This document shows positions 31,690 through 44,326 of a DNA stretch of 64,000 bases, piece after piece (positions within the stretch are counted from its first letter, which is position 1; each line of letters starts with the position of its first letter). Under the pieces are notes generated by a model that worked only from the letters and a program-made list of their open reading frames with translations, searched no databases and had not been told where the DNA came from. This stretch comes from Podarcis gaigeae (Eukaryota), in the NCBI GenBank assembly GCA_964106915.2, contig OZ066931.1. One strand, written 5' to 3'. Made by a program: the position numbers and the translations under genes.

Positions 31690-32900
31690 CATCGGCTCAA
31701 TGAGGCGGCCCCACGTTGCAAGCACCCAGCCTAAAATGGAGGTCCCTTGGAGGCGCGCATGTGCGCAACTCCAGCCCTTTCGAGAGTCCCAAGAAAACAA
31801 CTTTTCTGCTCTTTGACGGCGCCCGCTTCCTTTGGCGGGGCTCGCGCTCCCTGCGGAGTCCCTCCCTTTGCATAAAAAGAAACCAAGCCAAATAAGAATA
31901 AAGACGCAGCAGCAAGGGCGGGCATGCACTGTGCGCGGCGTCTTCCGCCCGGCTCGGCCGCCCTCTTCCTCCCGGCCGACGAGACCCTGGGATGCCGCGC
32001 CCACCGCCGGGAGAGGCGGGGCCTGCCAGCCTTCTAGTTCCGACTTCGGCCGCAGCTGGGCTCCGCTGGAGGGCCTGGTAAGTGGGGCGCCGCCCGGCCT
32101 TCGCCCCGGGGGCAGCGCGCGGGAGCGGGGCAGGGGCGGGCGCCGAGAGGGCGCCGCAGGAGCGGGCCGGGCAGCCGAGGCCTTCCCGGGAGAGAGGGGC
32201 TCCGGCGTGGGCTCTCGCTGCCTCCCCGTCCCCCAGCCCAGGCAGGCTCCTCTTTCCCCCTCTTGCCCCTCTGAAATCTCGCGGGGGCGGGAAGCCCTGG
32301 CTCCAGCTGCAGCTCCCTGAATCCCCATTCCCAGGCGCGGCCAGCCTTTAGTCGCGCGCAATCAACTCTTCCCCACGTTCCTCTTGGGCTGCGTGTCTGC
32401 CCGCTTTGCGAGCGCTGCGGGTGAGGCTCCTCGGAGGCAGCGGACGAAACCCGTCAGCGCGCAGGTTTCTCCGTTTGCTGCTGCTCCTGCTGGGCGTTTG
32501 TGTGGGAAGAGGCGCGCACAGACCGGTTCTGCAACAATCCTGCCTCCTCGGTGATTCGCAGGAGTCCTGTTGGATCCTGCGGCTGGTTCTGCTGGCTATA
32601 AAGCGTGGGAGAAAGCGCATTGCCTTCTTGCAGGGGCGAAACTAGGCTTTCTTTCACCCGGGTTAAAGACCCAGTCTGGCAAAAGAAAACCCATGCATTT
32701 GCGAATGCACACAGGCTGGTGCCCCCCCGGAGGCTTCACCCGGGGCAAAAAACCCGGCTAGCCCCCGCCCCCCTCGTAGCTACGCTCTGCCTTATTGCTC
32801 GGACATTTCTAAAGTTTTAACAACCTAGAAGCAAGCTTTAGAGTTAGACAGAACTCCCCCCCCCCCGCCGCCATTTTAAGGCCTTAGGTTTCCATAGCAA
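31690..32900 (+). promoter_or_regulatory. CpG island / BCAP31 promoter
   Basis: Very high GC and CpG density, multiple GC boxes, NRF1-like GCGCATGTGCGCA (~31755), YY1 GCCGCCATTTT (32867-32877) and X-box-like GTTTCCATAGCAAA (32888-32901). Confidence 0.85.
31990..32077 (+). other. BCAP31: BCAP31 non-coding exon 1 (5' end approximate)
   Basis: Consensus donor CTG|GTAAGT at 32077/32078 inside the CpG island. The next exon has a strong acceptor ending at 34908, upstream of the ATG. Confidence 0.6.
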
Positions 32901-34074
32901 ACCAAAAATTTGCTTTGCACCTTGCCTCGATAGCTGTGTTTCCAGTACATACTGCATAGGGAATGATTTTCCTTGCCCTGCCCACGTGTTCTCTGAATGT
33001 GGTTGATGGTGTAACACTGTGGGAGGCGGATAGAACTTTTTCTGGTGCTTTCTCTGGGCGTGGAAGTGAGGCAGGGAATGGTAAACGAAACCCCTGTTTG
33101 CTGCAAGGGTCTGTTTAAGCCCCCCGGTGGGCTATTTCTGCACCAAACGCTCAGATAAAAGGAAGTGAACAGGCTGTGGCAACCCCTCTGCTGTGCTGGC
33201 GGTTATGGGCCTGTTCCAGGATTGCCTCCATGCCTGCACTTTTTCAAGTAAAATGCTGAAATATTGGAGAAGAGCTTTCTAGTCTCAAATGCAACTCATC
33301 CACTGGGTCTTTGCAAAGGTTGTAAAGGTAGCAAAGGGTGAAATATTGCTTGCTTCTAAACACTGATGCTTGCTGTGGGGCTGGAGGCCTGCAAGTTGTT
33401 ACTGAATGAACTGCCTGTTAGGTGGGGCACTATCCTGGTGTCCATGGCAGCATCACTCCCTAAATGTTTGCGCAGGAAACATGGCACTGAACAGAAAGCG
33501 CTACTTTTGTTTCTTTCCCTAAAAGAGTTTTTCTTGGGGTGTCAGACCCTGCCTGCCCAAGGCCCCTGCTTTTTTGCATTAGACTGTGCCTAAAGCAGGG
33601 ATGGGAAACCTGTGGCCCTCAAAGTTGTGGAGCTACAAGCCTGGCTATCGGTTGTTGGCTGGGGCTGATGGGAAGGAGCTGCAGTCCAGTAACATCTGAA
33701 GGGTCATATTCCCCCAACCCTAATCTGAAGGTAAACTCAAAATGGAGATGGGGAGGAGAAAGAGGCCTGGATCTAAAGAGACAGCAGATGATTATCATAG
33801 GGCACTTAATGTATCCATCTCTGTCTGGATTGCAAACAGAGAAATCTCCCATGGAGCAAGCTGTGTTAAGAATATATTTATTTAATATAAAGAATATATT
33901 TATTTATTTAAGCCATTATGTATTTATTTAAGCCATTAACATTTTTAAGTGGTGTACATAAAATTACAGACTAGGACCCTCCCTATTTTTTGTGATTGTG
34001 TTCTTCAGTTGTCAGTTTTTTAATTGTCGTGACTCGCCTTGCAACCTTAGGGTGAAAGGCGGGTACTAAATTAA

Positions 34075-34118
<44 letters not shown>
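34075..34118. repeat. (AAT)n microsatellite (LINE tail-derived)
   Basis: Direct observation; follows an L2-like terminus gggtgaaaggcgggtac. Confidence 0.85.
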
Positions 34119-34119
<1 letters not shown>

Positions 34120-34977
34120 CTGTACAAAGATAGGAACAATCCAAATTATCATAAAACAATTTATATAACCTGTATTTTGGGCAGCTCACAAGGTACGAAA
34201 GAATAAATGCTAAAATGTGAGGATGAACCTAATTCCCTAAGGAAAAAGAACAAACTTGTTCCAGTTCTTGAGCAGCTTAACGACATGTTCTGACCATTCT
34301 GCCAAATACATTTTTTTGGGGGGGTTTGATGTGGGTTTCATGAACATTACAGACTTTAAGTACATTGGAGCCCTGCTGGATCGGTCCAGAGGCCCATCTA
34401 GTCTAGCATCCTGTTCTCATAATGGCCAAACCAGATTCCTCTGGGAAGCCCATAGCAGAGGCAACAGCACTTGCCCCACTTGTGGAACCTCAGCAAGATA
34501 CACTGCCTCTGATCCTGCAGGCAGACCCTGCCTGAGCTTACTCAAAGGCTGTCCTCTGAGATGGCAGTGAACTCACATAGTATATAAGCTTAGCTAGTCT
34601 TGAAAGCAGAGAGGAAGAACCTGTGGTCCTCCAGATGTTGTACAACTCCCAGTGGTCATCCCTGACCATTGACCATGCCAGTTGGAGGTGATGGGATTTG
34701 GAGTCCATTGCCATCTGGAGGACCATAGGTTACCCAGCGCTGCCTAAATAGATAAGGGGGAACCCATAGCTGAGGCTTCTCCCGCCTTCAGTGTGCCATA
34801 CAGGTTAAACCTTAGCTTTGGAGTTGAGCGGTTCTTGCTGCAAGGGTACAAGATAGGGGATTTTGCCCAGCAAATTTCATATTCAAGTGTCTTCTCTCTC
34901 TCTTCCAGCTAAGAATTGCATCCTAGCCGTGAGGTCTTCAGCCTCTCCAACGTAAAGTCCCTTCCAAGCGTCTCACG

Positions 34978-35069
34978 ATGAGTCTCCAGTGGGCGGCTGT
35001 GGCCACCTTCCTGTATGCAGAAGTCCTCCTCGTTTTCCTCCTGTGCATACCCTTTATCTCAGCAACAAG
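34978..35069 (+). CDS. BCAP31: BCAP31 first coding exon (exon starts 34909)
   Basis: MSLQWAAVATFLYAEVLLVFLLCIPFISAT; acceptor ...tctcttccag ending 34908; donor GTGAGC. Confidence 0.95.
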
Positions 35070-38000
35070 GTGAGCTGAGGGTGGGGATGGGATTGCGGGT
35101 GAACCTAGGAGCCTTTCCAGGCCACAACTGTTGTGTAACACAATTAAGGACACAATCACACCCTCTCTCGGCCTTGGTTTCTAGGATGTTGCAGGAGGCG
35201 GATGCCTGTCAACGAAACAGTGGGTTGAGCTGGGTGAGAGTGATTAGCTCTTGCAGACCGATGGGAAATTATTTTTAATATCTGGTTGTCACTGGAATCT
35301 GTGAGAGGAGACAAAGAGGTGGATGAAAAGTCACTCCCATTTATTTAGCCATGTCCTTATTGTCAAACATCTGCTAAGTAGCTCAGAGGGGGGTTGTGGT
35401 TAGGAAATGGTGCAACAGCCCTTATGTAGGACATAGTTCTTGGACAGTGTTCTTAGGAACCACCCTATTCTACGACACTAATTTATTTTAAGCTGATTAA
35501 AACACCTATTAAAAGTGCTGCAACTCTGGGACTTTATAGAAGGACAGCTAAGTAATTTTTTTATTACTATTACAAAGGTTGATAGTAAAGCTCACCGTCA
35601 GGGCTGTTTGTATTCTGATGCACTAAGAAATAAAATTCTGTAGCCTGCTAAGTCCAAATTTTGCAGATTCTGCAGCAAGAAAAGCCATGTTTTGCTACAT
35701 AAACTTGTAAACGGTGTTTGGAATTAGCCAGTTGCGACTGGTGCAGGTCCAGTTGTGACCGCATGGAGATCTCTGGATGCCAGGCTGGCGATTGAGGAAA
35801 ACAAAATGCCACTTAGAGAAGAATCTGAAATACTTTCCTTGAAGCCTGAATTAGATTTATTCTGAATTGTTTTATTTGATGTTTTAATGTGTTGTAAAAC
35901 ACAGAGATTTGTTCTTTAAAATATAAAGCAGTATAGAAACAGAAATAATAATAATAATTGTCATCATCCCATGGGGGTGGGAGGGGAATGGTGCCATTGG
36001 GGTGACCGCAGCCTTGGTTTAAGGTGCCATTTGGCAATCTATATCTGAGTTTCTAACACTGCTCGTAAACTTAGCTTGCATAATCCAGTTAATGAAATCC
36101 GATTGTTGATGGAATCTTTTGTGTGACATGATTGGAAAATGAGAGGCAATTGCTTAAAAAATATTTTTGTGTTTGGTGCCATGTGTCACAATTCTTAAAA
36201 TGACCTACTTAAACCCTGCCTAGTTCTGCTAATTTAACTTTTTTGGGAGAAGCAAAGAGCTGCCTGGGACACTTCATTTCTGTTTCTAGCTCCTGGAACC
36301 CTTCCTTGGCTGCTCCTCTGGCTTTTGAGTCTTTCGCAGGCACTGCTCACCTTACAAACATACCTTCCCAGTTATGAGGCCTAGAACCTTAGTTTTCTTT
36401 AAAAAAAAATACATATATGCAAGACTCTCGGGAAGCTGAATTCTCTTCCCAACCTGCACTTCTTTAGAATCATGGCATACACATCCCCCCCCCTCACCCA
36501 TTCCTTCCTCCCATCTCCTTCTGGCATCTCTTCCGCTGTTGTTTAACCCAGACGGAAGGCAGTCTGGAGATGTTGCTTGGCAATTAGCGAGTTGTCTCCT
36601 GATTTCTTCCAGGAGTTACACTCCCTCCAAGGCATTGATGTAGCCCCCAAATGCCTTCTGCCTGAAAGTGCCTCCATGGCGTCAGGTTAGGCAGAGGTAA
36701 CCGGGGAGGCGGGAAATCCCTGGAGGTGGGGAAGGGGGAACCTAGAGCTTCCAGATGTTGCTGAGACTCCCATCAGCTCAGCCAGTGTAACTAATACTTG
36801 GGGATGATGGGAATGTTATAGGCCAACGGCGTTTGGAAGTTTACCATCCTAGTCTTGGTCGTCGCTTGTCCACAGCCTCCTAAATAGCTCAAGAGAGGAA
36901 AAACTGGGCCCTGTGTCCATTTTGCTTCCCCACCCATAGCAGAACAAGCTGCTGCCTGTGTTGAGGTCAAGTGTGTTTGTGTTTGTTGCCTGCAAAGCAT
37001 TGATCCTAACCTCCAACCTTCTTCCACAGATGGCAGAAAATCTTCAAGTCCCGCTTGGTGAAGATAATGTTGGCCTATGGGAATACCTTCTTTGTTGTGC
37101 TCATAGTCATCCTGGTCCTGTTGTTTCTTGGTGAGTGGAAGGAAGCCAGTGTGCTGGGGGTGGGTGTTCTCGCCTCACCCGCTCATGGGGGCGTTTGCTT
37201 CTCTGCCTGTGCCTGCCAGGTTCTGGCCAGGTCCCCAGGGCCTTCGGCCACTTCTTCCTCCTGTGCTCTCTGAGCTGCTCATAGCCCAGCACTGTGACAG
37301 AAAGGGGACAGGAACGTAGCTGTGGTTCAGGGCCTTTCTCCACACCCGCTCAACTTTATCTTGGCCAGTGATTCAGGAGAACCATCTTTCATCTCCCTTC
37401 ATGTAGCTGGGGTAGGGCTTTGCCCAGAGTGCTGTGCTGGGTTTGGCTGTGAAGGATTGAGGTTCAAATCCTGCCCAGCCATGAATTTTCTTGGGGTCTT
37501 CCTCACAGGGTGGCTGTGAAATCTAAAAGGCAACCAGAAGCATTTCTGTGCTCTGGAAAACCCTAGAAGAGTAAGAGTTGAAGATAAATCAGAGGGGGAA
37601 AGCTGGTGTCAAAATATTGGGGGTTGCGGGTGCAAAAGTGGTGGAGATGACAGACCTCTGCTTTATAGGTACCCGTATTTTTCGCTCTATAACACGCTCC
37701 CAACCATAACACACACATAGTTTTTAGAGGAGGAAAACAAGAAAAAAAAAATATTCTAAACGAAACAGTGGATGTATGATTTTTGTGGTTCATGCTGTGG
37801 CCACAGACATGTGATCTGACGGTGAGTTTGGGGTAGCCCAATGCAAAAATCCTGAGGATCCATGTGGATCTGTGCTTTGTAAGCACGTTTTTGCACCACT
37901 GTGGCCCCAGGCAACAGTGGGTGCATGATTTTTTTGGTGCAAGCTGTAGCCATGGACATGCTATGTGATCTGATGGTGAATTTGGGGTGACCCAGTGCAA

Positions 38001-38691
38001 AAATCCTGAGGATCCATGTGGATCTGTGCTTTGTAACCATGTTTTAAGTGGGGAGGGAAGGAAAAGCACTCAAGGGACAGGGAACACGTGTGGGGTGGGT
38101 GGAGAAGGATGCTGTTAATAATGCAGAAGAGGGGTATAAGAGGAGAAGGCTCTTATAAGAGGAGTGGGGAGGAGAGAGAGACAGAGAGCCTGCTTGCTTT
38201 AAAGGAGCCAACCGGACAGGAGCCGCTTACACTCGTAAGCCGCTTACACTCTCCTCTCCTCTCCCGCTTTGCTCCTTTAAAGCAAGCAGGCTCTCTGTCT
38301 CTCTCTCCTCCTCACTCAGCGGCTCTTCTCCCGCTTTGCTGTTTCAAAGCGAGCCACGGAGGAGGGAAGGAAGGGGAACCATGGATCCTCTGCTCACGAC
38401 TGCAGCAGATCCCCCCCCCCGCCACCCGTAGGCATTCGCTCCATAACACGCACAGGCGTTTCCCCTTACTTTCTAGGAGGAAAAAAGTGAGTGTTATGGT
38501 GCGAAAAATACGGTACCTTCTTTCTACGTCACCATTGCACTTAACTGCTCATGACAGTTGAGTAGACAACTGCTTTGCATCCATTTTGATGTATTTTTAA
38601 TCTTTGTTGGAAGCTGCCCAGAGTGGCTGGGGAAACCCAGCCAGATGGGCAGGGTACAAATAAGATGATGATGATGATGATGATGATGATG

Positions 38692-38742
<51 letters not shown>

Positions 38743-41700
38743 GCAGCAGCAGCTGGGCTAGGATGCCAAATATCTTTTGTGTGGGCTATGGCAATGTATA
38801 TGGGACGCGGGTGGCGCTGTGGGTTAAAGCCTCAGCGCCTAGGACTTGCCGATCGAAAGGTCGGAGGTTCGAATCCCTGCGGCGGGGTGCGCTCCCGCTG
38901 CTCGGTCCCAGCGCCTGCCAACCTAGCAGTTCGAAAGCACCTCCGGGTGCAAGTAGATAAATAGGGACCGCTTACCAGCGGGAAGGTAAACGGCGTTTCC
39001 GTGTGCGGCTCTGGCTCGCCAGAGCAGCGATGTCACGCTGGCCACGTGACCCGGAAGTGTCTCCGGACAGCGCTGGCCCCTGGCCTCTTGAGTGAGATGG
39101 GCGCACAACCCCAGAGTCTGTCAAGACTGGCCCGTACGGGCAGGGGTACCTTTACCTTTACCTTTTATGGCAATGTATTCTATTCAGATGGGGGGGGGGG
39201 GGAGATAGAGACCCTGGAAGCCTTTGTGAAATGAGGCTGCTCTTTTGACCCCTACCTCCACTACACCAGCTCCACATAAAGCAAACCAATTTGTTTTAAG
39301 TCCCTTGCATCAGGACATTTCAAGAAACAGCCTCCTTCATGTGATATTTATGTCTGCCTTTTGATGCCCTGCTCTGCCACTGTTAGAGATGCAGTCTACC
39401 CTCTACATGGGGCAGAGCCTTTTGGGTTGTTTCTCCCAGGTTATGGAACTCCATGCCCTGAAGGGCTCACTTGGCCCCCTCTCCCTGCTAGCATTTCGAC
39501 ACTTGGCCCAGCCTTTATCTAGTGCCTTTGTGGACAAGCTCTCCCCTGGATTGTGTGCGTGTCACTCCTGATCCAGTTTTATGGTGCAGAATTCTATATT
39601 TTTAAAAGATAAGGTTGCCGGCACTTTGAAGGCCTTTGAGATGGAGAAACGGCTTAGAAATAAATTGGATCAGAAGTTGGGCACATTCTTACCTCCCGCT
39701 CCATTAAGATAGATTCTGTGGCTGGGTTGTTGTCTTAGAGATGCTGAATTTCCCCTAAAGCAAGGATGGTCAACATGGCGCCCTTCAGCTGTCCCTGAAC
39801 TACAACTCCCATCATCCCTGACCGTTGGTCATGCTGGCTGAGGCTGTTAGGCGTTGCAGTACGCCAGCACCTGGAGGGCACCATGTTCTTTGTCACTGCC
39901 TCTAAAGTCACCTGCGGTGATGGCCCAGAATCCAGCGTTCTAGCCAGCAGCACATGCCCAGTGACAGGTAGGCTGTTACCTGTGAAACATTCCTGGCTGT
40001 TCTTCAGCAGGTTTCTCTGCTTCTGGCTCCTTTGGCAAGAGAGAATCTGCAGCGCAAGAGTGTTAAAATGGCACATGCAAGCTGCAGTTCATGCAGAGAT
40101 GGAGCTTGCAAGGTATGCAAGAAGTTGGCTTCTGCTGCCCCCTGGAGTTTTCAGTGGGACAGTGAGGGTGAGAAGTGCACTTTTCCATACAAACCCCTTT
40201 CATGGACTCAGAATTGTAGAGTTGGAAGGAAACCCTGAGGGTCATTCGTTTTATGAGTGAGTAGAGCGCCATCCCATCAGTTTGTCGGGGCTCCCTATGG
40301 ATGGAGCTGATGGACTTGTGTGCCATATTCCACACAAATGCAGAAACTTATTATAGAACCAAAATGAGACTTGTTCATGTGGCATCACAAGAAGGCAAGT
40401 CCAGCCCATGGGTCATCAGTCAGCCGCCCTGTTTTAGGGAATGAATTCAACATAGAGCCAAGCGGATCGCTCTGTCGGCTCACTCATTTCTGCTTTCCTG
40501 ATGAAATGAGCTGCCTTCTCCTCCACCTGCCTGCTGTCCCAGTGGTTCTCCTAACCCCCAGAGCCAACTGGAGGGGCAAGCCCCATTGTGCTAGCAGAAG
40601 AAGTTGTTTCACAGGCTTTTTTCTTTTCTTTTGAAGAGGCTTTCTTGTAATAATTGTCTAGGGCAGGGATAGGGCACTTTTTCCTCCTGGGGGGCCACAA
40701 AATGGGCATGGCCAGAGGCAAAAAAATGGGTGGGACCCCAGACATTACTCACTTGCATATAGCAGGCTCCATTCAAGTCATGTAAAATCCAGAGATTCCC
40801 ATGCAGACCTCTCTAGTCTCAGTTCCAGTCAGGCAAAAGTCCTCAAGGAGACAGTGGGGCAGCTGCTAGTGTGGGCTGTGTCCTGGAGAGAGTCATGTGG
40901 GCCAGATAGAGGGGTCTTGGGGGTAGATGAGTGTGCACTTGGCCTCTGGGCCTCAGGATCCCCTATCTGGCCTAGGAGGAGAAGAAATTCAGTGCCTTAG
41001 TTCTCAGTCACTTCAAACTTTAGTTATCTTTATCCTGCTAACCCCATATATTCTTGAAACCTGACTATCATATTTGACCCAGACTGGATGATATGTTTGC
41101 CATGTGACTTGAGCTTGATTTTCCTTCTGGAAATATCAGCTGTGGGGGTTCGACTTTGGGTAGGATTTGTGGGGTGAGGGAATTGTCCCTTCTCTCCACA
41201 CATTTCCCCCCTCAAAATTGCCTCCCAAGCTGCTTGTGGCAAATCACACCTTTAGGGGCAATAAGCAGAAGAGTGGATTTCTAGTGAGAAAAAGGCTGTG
41301 GATTAGGTCACCACCACACACACACCGGTCCATGCACTGTGATCCCCATCTGAATTGCACCCCAGCAATTTCTGTTGCTAAAAGAAAAAGAAGCCTGGGC
41401 AGCACAATCATGTGACCAACGTATCGCCTGGTATTGGAAGTCCTATGCTTTTAGAATACTTGGCGAGGCTGAATATGTGAGGAAATAGTTTCACCTTTAG
41501 CACAGTCAGTGAGGAGTCAAAACTTTATTTTGCAATCATGCATTGCCATGACTTAGGCTGTTAAAATGGCTTGCAATGTTAATACCCAAATAGCATTCGT
41601 ACTGTCTCAGAATGGAACGGAATGAAGGAGGGGTGACATTGTCTTACATCTACACAGACCTTTCAACTAACATTGGCTTAATTCTCAAGCATGAGAAGCA

Positions 41701-44285
41701 GGGCCATTCCGCCCTCTTTATAACAGTACCTCTGTTTCTTTGATGCTCATGGCAGCCATTTTGTGCTGGCTCCCACAGCACTTTGGTATAGATCCTAGAA
41801 CCGGGACCTCATTATCATTATTCTTTTAACCAAAAAAAGGCCCTGAAATATATGACAATGGAGTGGAACTGACAGATTTCTCTCAGGAGAGAATTTAACT
41901 TGGGCGCCATGCTGAATATATCCTATTCCTGGTGACAGCTGATCTTGCCTCAGATGATCATGATTACATGAAGTAATGTCTCATGTGTCAATCTTAATTA
42001 ATGTGGTGGGTGGCAAGTATAGGAGAAAGAGCTCATTAAGTGGCTTCCTAGATCAAGGCCACCGAGGGCTTTAAAGATTGGAAGCCGACACCCTAAACTG
42101 GGCCTGAAAACAAGCTGGCAGTTAATGGCGCTCTCCTCAGAGACTGGGCTGGGGAGCGTGTGACACCCCCCCCCCAAAGTAGTTGTTGAACTACAGCTCT
42201 TATCATCTCCAATCATTGGCCATGTTGGCTGGGGCTGATGGGAGCTGGAGTCCATAAATAGCTAGAGAGCCACAGGTCCCCAGCCCTGCTCTGAAAGGTG
42301 AGATATGCTCCTGGAGGTTAGTTCTAGATAGAAATTATGCTACTATATTCTGGACCAGTGGAAATTACCCAGAGGCTCCTCATGGTAGGAGGGTAGCAAA
42401 GTGTTGCATTGTGTGGGGGCAGCTGAAAAGCTTGTTTATGTTCCCATCAGTCTAAGACCTGCTTTGGGGACCCTACCGTTGGTCAGTGGGACAAGCATTC
42501 CCCCTCCCTCAAGCTGGCGTGACAAAAACCTACCTCCATTTTATACTTCTGTCTGGAACACATGCTGTTGTGGCATGATGGCTTTTGGTGGAGTCTTGTC
42601 AAAGACTGCAGCTGGATTCATGGCAATGGGCTGGCCTTGGGACGAAATCTCCAGAAACCAACCGGAGCTTAAGTTCAAGCAAGGCTTGCAAATAAATTGT
42701 CAGTCTGTGGAGCTCTGACTCGTGTATAAATTTGTGACTTTCAGATGCCATTCGTGAGATCCGGAAATATGACGATGTGACGGAGAAAGTGAACCTGCAG
42801 ACCAACCCTGGGGCTGTGGAGCATTATCACATGAAGCTCTTCCGAGCCCAGCGGAACCTCTACATTGCTGGCTTCTCGCTGCTGATGTCCTTGTGAGTAT
42901 CTCAGGGGCACTGCTGAGGCCAGATCAGGTGGCGGGCAAGCTGCGTGGCCGGCCAGACTCATCACCCCTGACTATTAGCTATGCTGCCTGGAGCCTGATG
43001 GAAACTGGAGTCTTAACAGCATCTAGAGGGCCACCATTTCCCAATCCCTGGGCCAGATGCTTGGGAATCTGGGTAAGGCTTGGATACTAGGTTTGAATTC
43101 AGGAGGCATTGGAAATAAGGCATTGAGGGGAGCATCAGCTGCAGCCAGATTGCATTACCCTTAGCACCCACTTCTTGCCAGTAAGAACCAAATTATTTAC
43201 TTTGTGGCCCTTGACATAGTTCTTCCACATAGTAGCAAATAGTTCTCTTGGGAGCATCCCTCTCCCCCTTTCAAGGGTGGCCTCCACATATTCTCCTTTG
43301 CAGAGAAAAGCTTCTAGGCAGGCTTTGACATCTCCCCTTAATGACGCTTTGCCTGGTTCTCTTGCACCGTAGGTGTTTGCTGCAGAGCTGCATAAAAGGT
43401 AACGGGACCCCTGACCATTAGGTCCAGTCGTGGCTGACTCTGGGGTTGCAGTGCTCATCTCGCTTTATTGGCCGAGGGAGCTGGTGCACAGCTTCCGGGT
43501 CATGTGGCCAGCATGAATAAGCCGCTTCTGGTGAATCAGAGCAGCGCACGGAAACACCGTTTACCTTCCCACCGGAGTGGTACCTATTTATCTACTTGCA
43601 CTTTGACGTGCTTTCGAACTGCTAGGTCGGCAGGAGCAGGGACCGAGCAACGGGAGCTCACCCCACTGCAGGGATTCGAACCGCTGACCTGATCGGCAAG
43701 TCCTAGGCTCTGTGGTTGTAACCCACAGCGCCACCCGAGAGGATGGCAAAGCTAGAGGTGGGGAGCCTCTGGCCCATGGGCCAAACATGGCTAGCCAGGC
43801 CTGCCCACTTGGCCTACAAGGCTTTTTTGTGAATCCAGGCCCACCGCCCCACATACATGATAGCACGTGTGGGACAGGTAAGGGTGGGGTTTCAAAGGAA
43901 CAACCAGGAGCTTAAAGTGAATTCCTGACTGTTCTTTTGCTGGAGCAAGGGATACTCCCAGTCATGGCATCAAATGATGGGCAGTAGGAACGCACCTTGC
44001 TTGAGGTGGGCATGTGGTTTCTATTCAGTGGAAGCTGCTTCTCCCTTTTTACAACTGCTCTTTGAAGCTGCCGTGCTTCTTTCAGCCTACAGAACATGGA
44101 AGGCACAGGGCTGGCAATGCCTTCTGCGCTGTGACGCCAAGTTTGGGAACCCTGCACAATGAATTTGGAGGGCTGGCCAATCATCTGGTGTTGTCTGCCT
44201 CAGAGCTGTAGCTATAGGAGGCGGGGGCTAGCCAGGGTTTTTGCTCAGGTGAAGCCTCCAGAGGGGCACCATTGAGGCTCCCAGG

Positions 44286-44326
<41 letters not shown>

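Noticed and set aside
31537-32361. 274-aa minus ORF and overlapping ORFs in the CpG island
   Set aside because: Low-complexity Pro/Arg/Gly/Ala translation caused by stop-codon depletion in GC-rich promoter DNA
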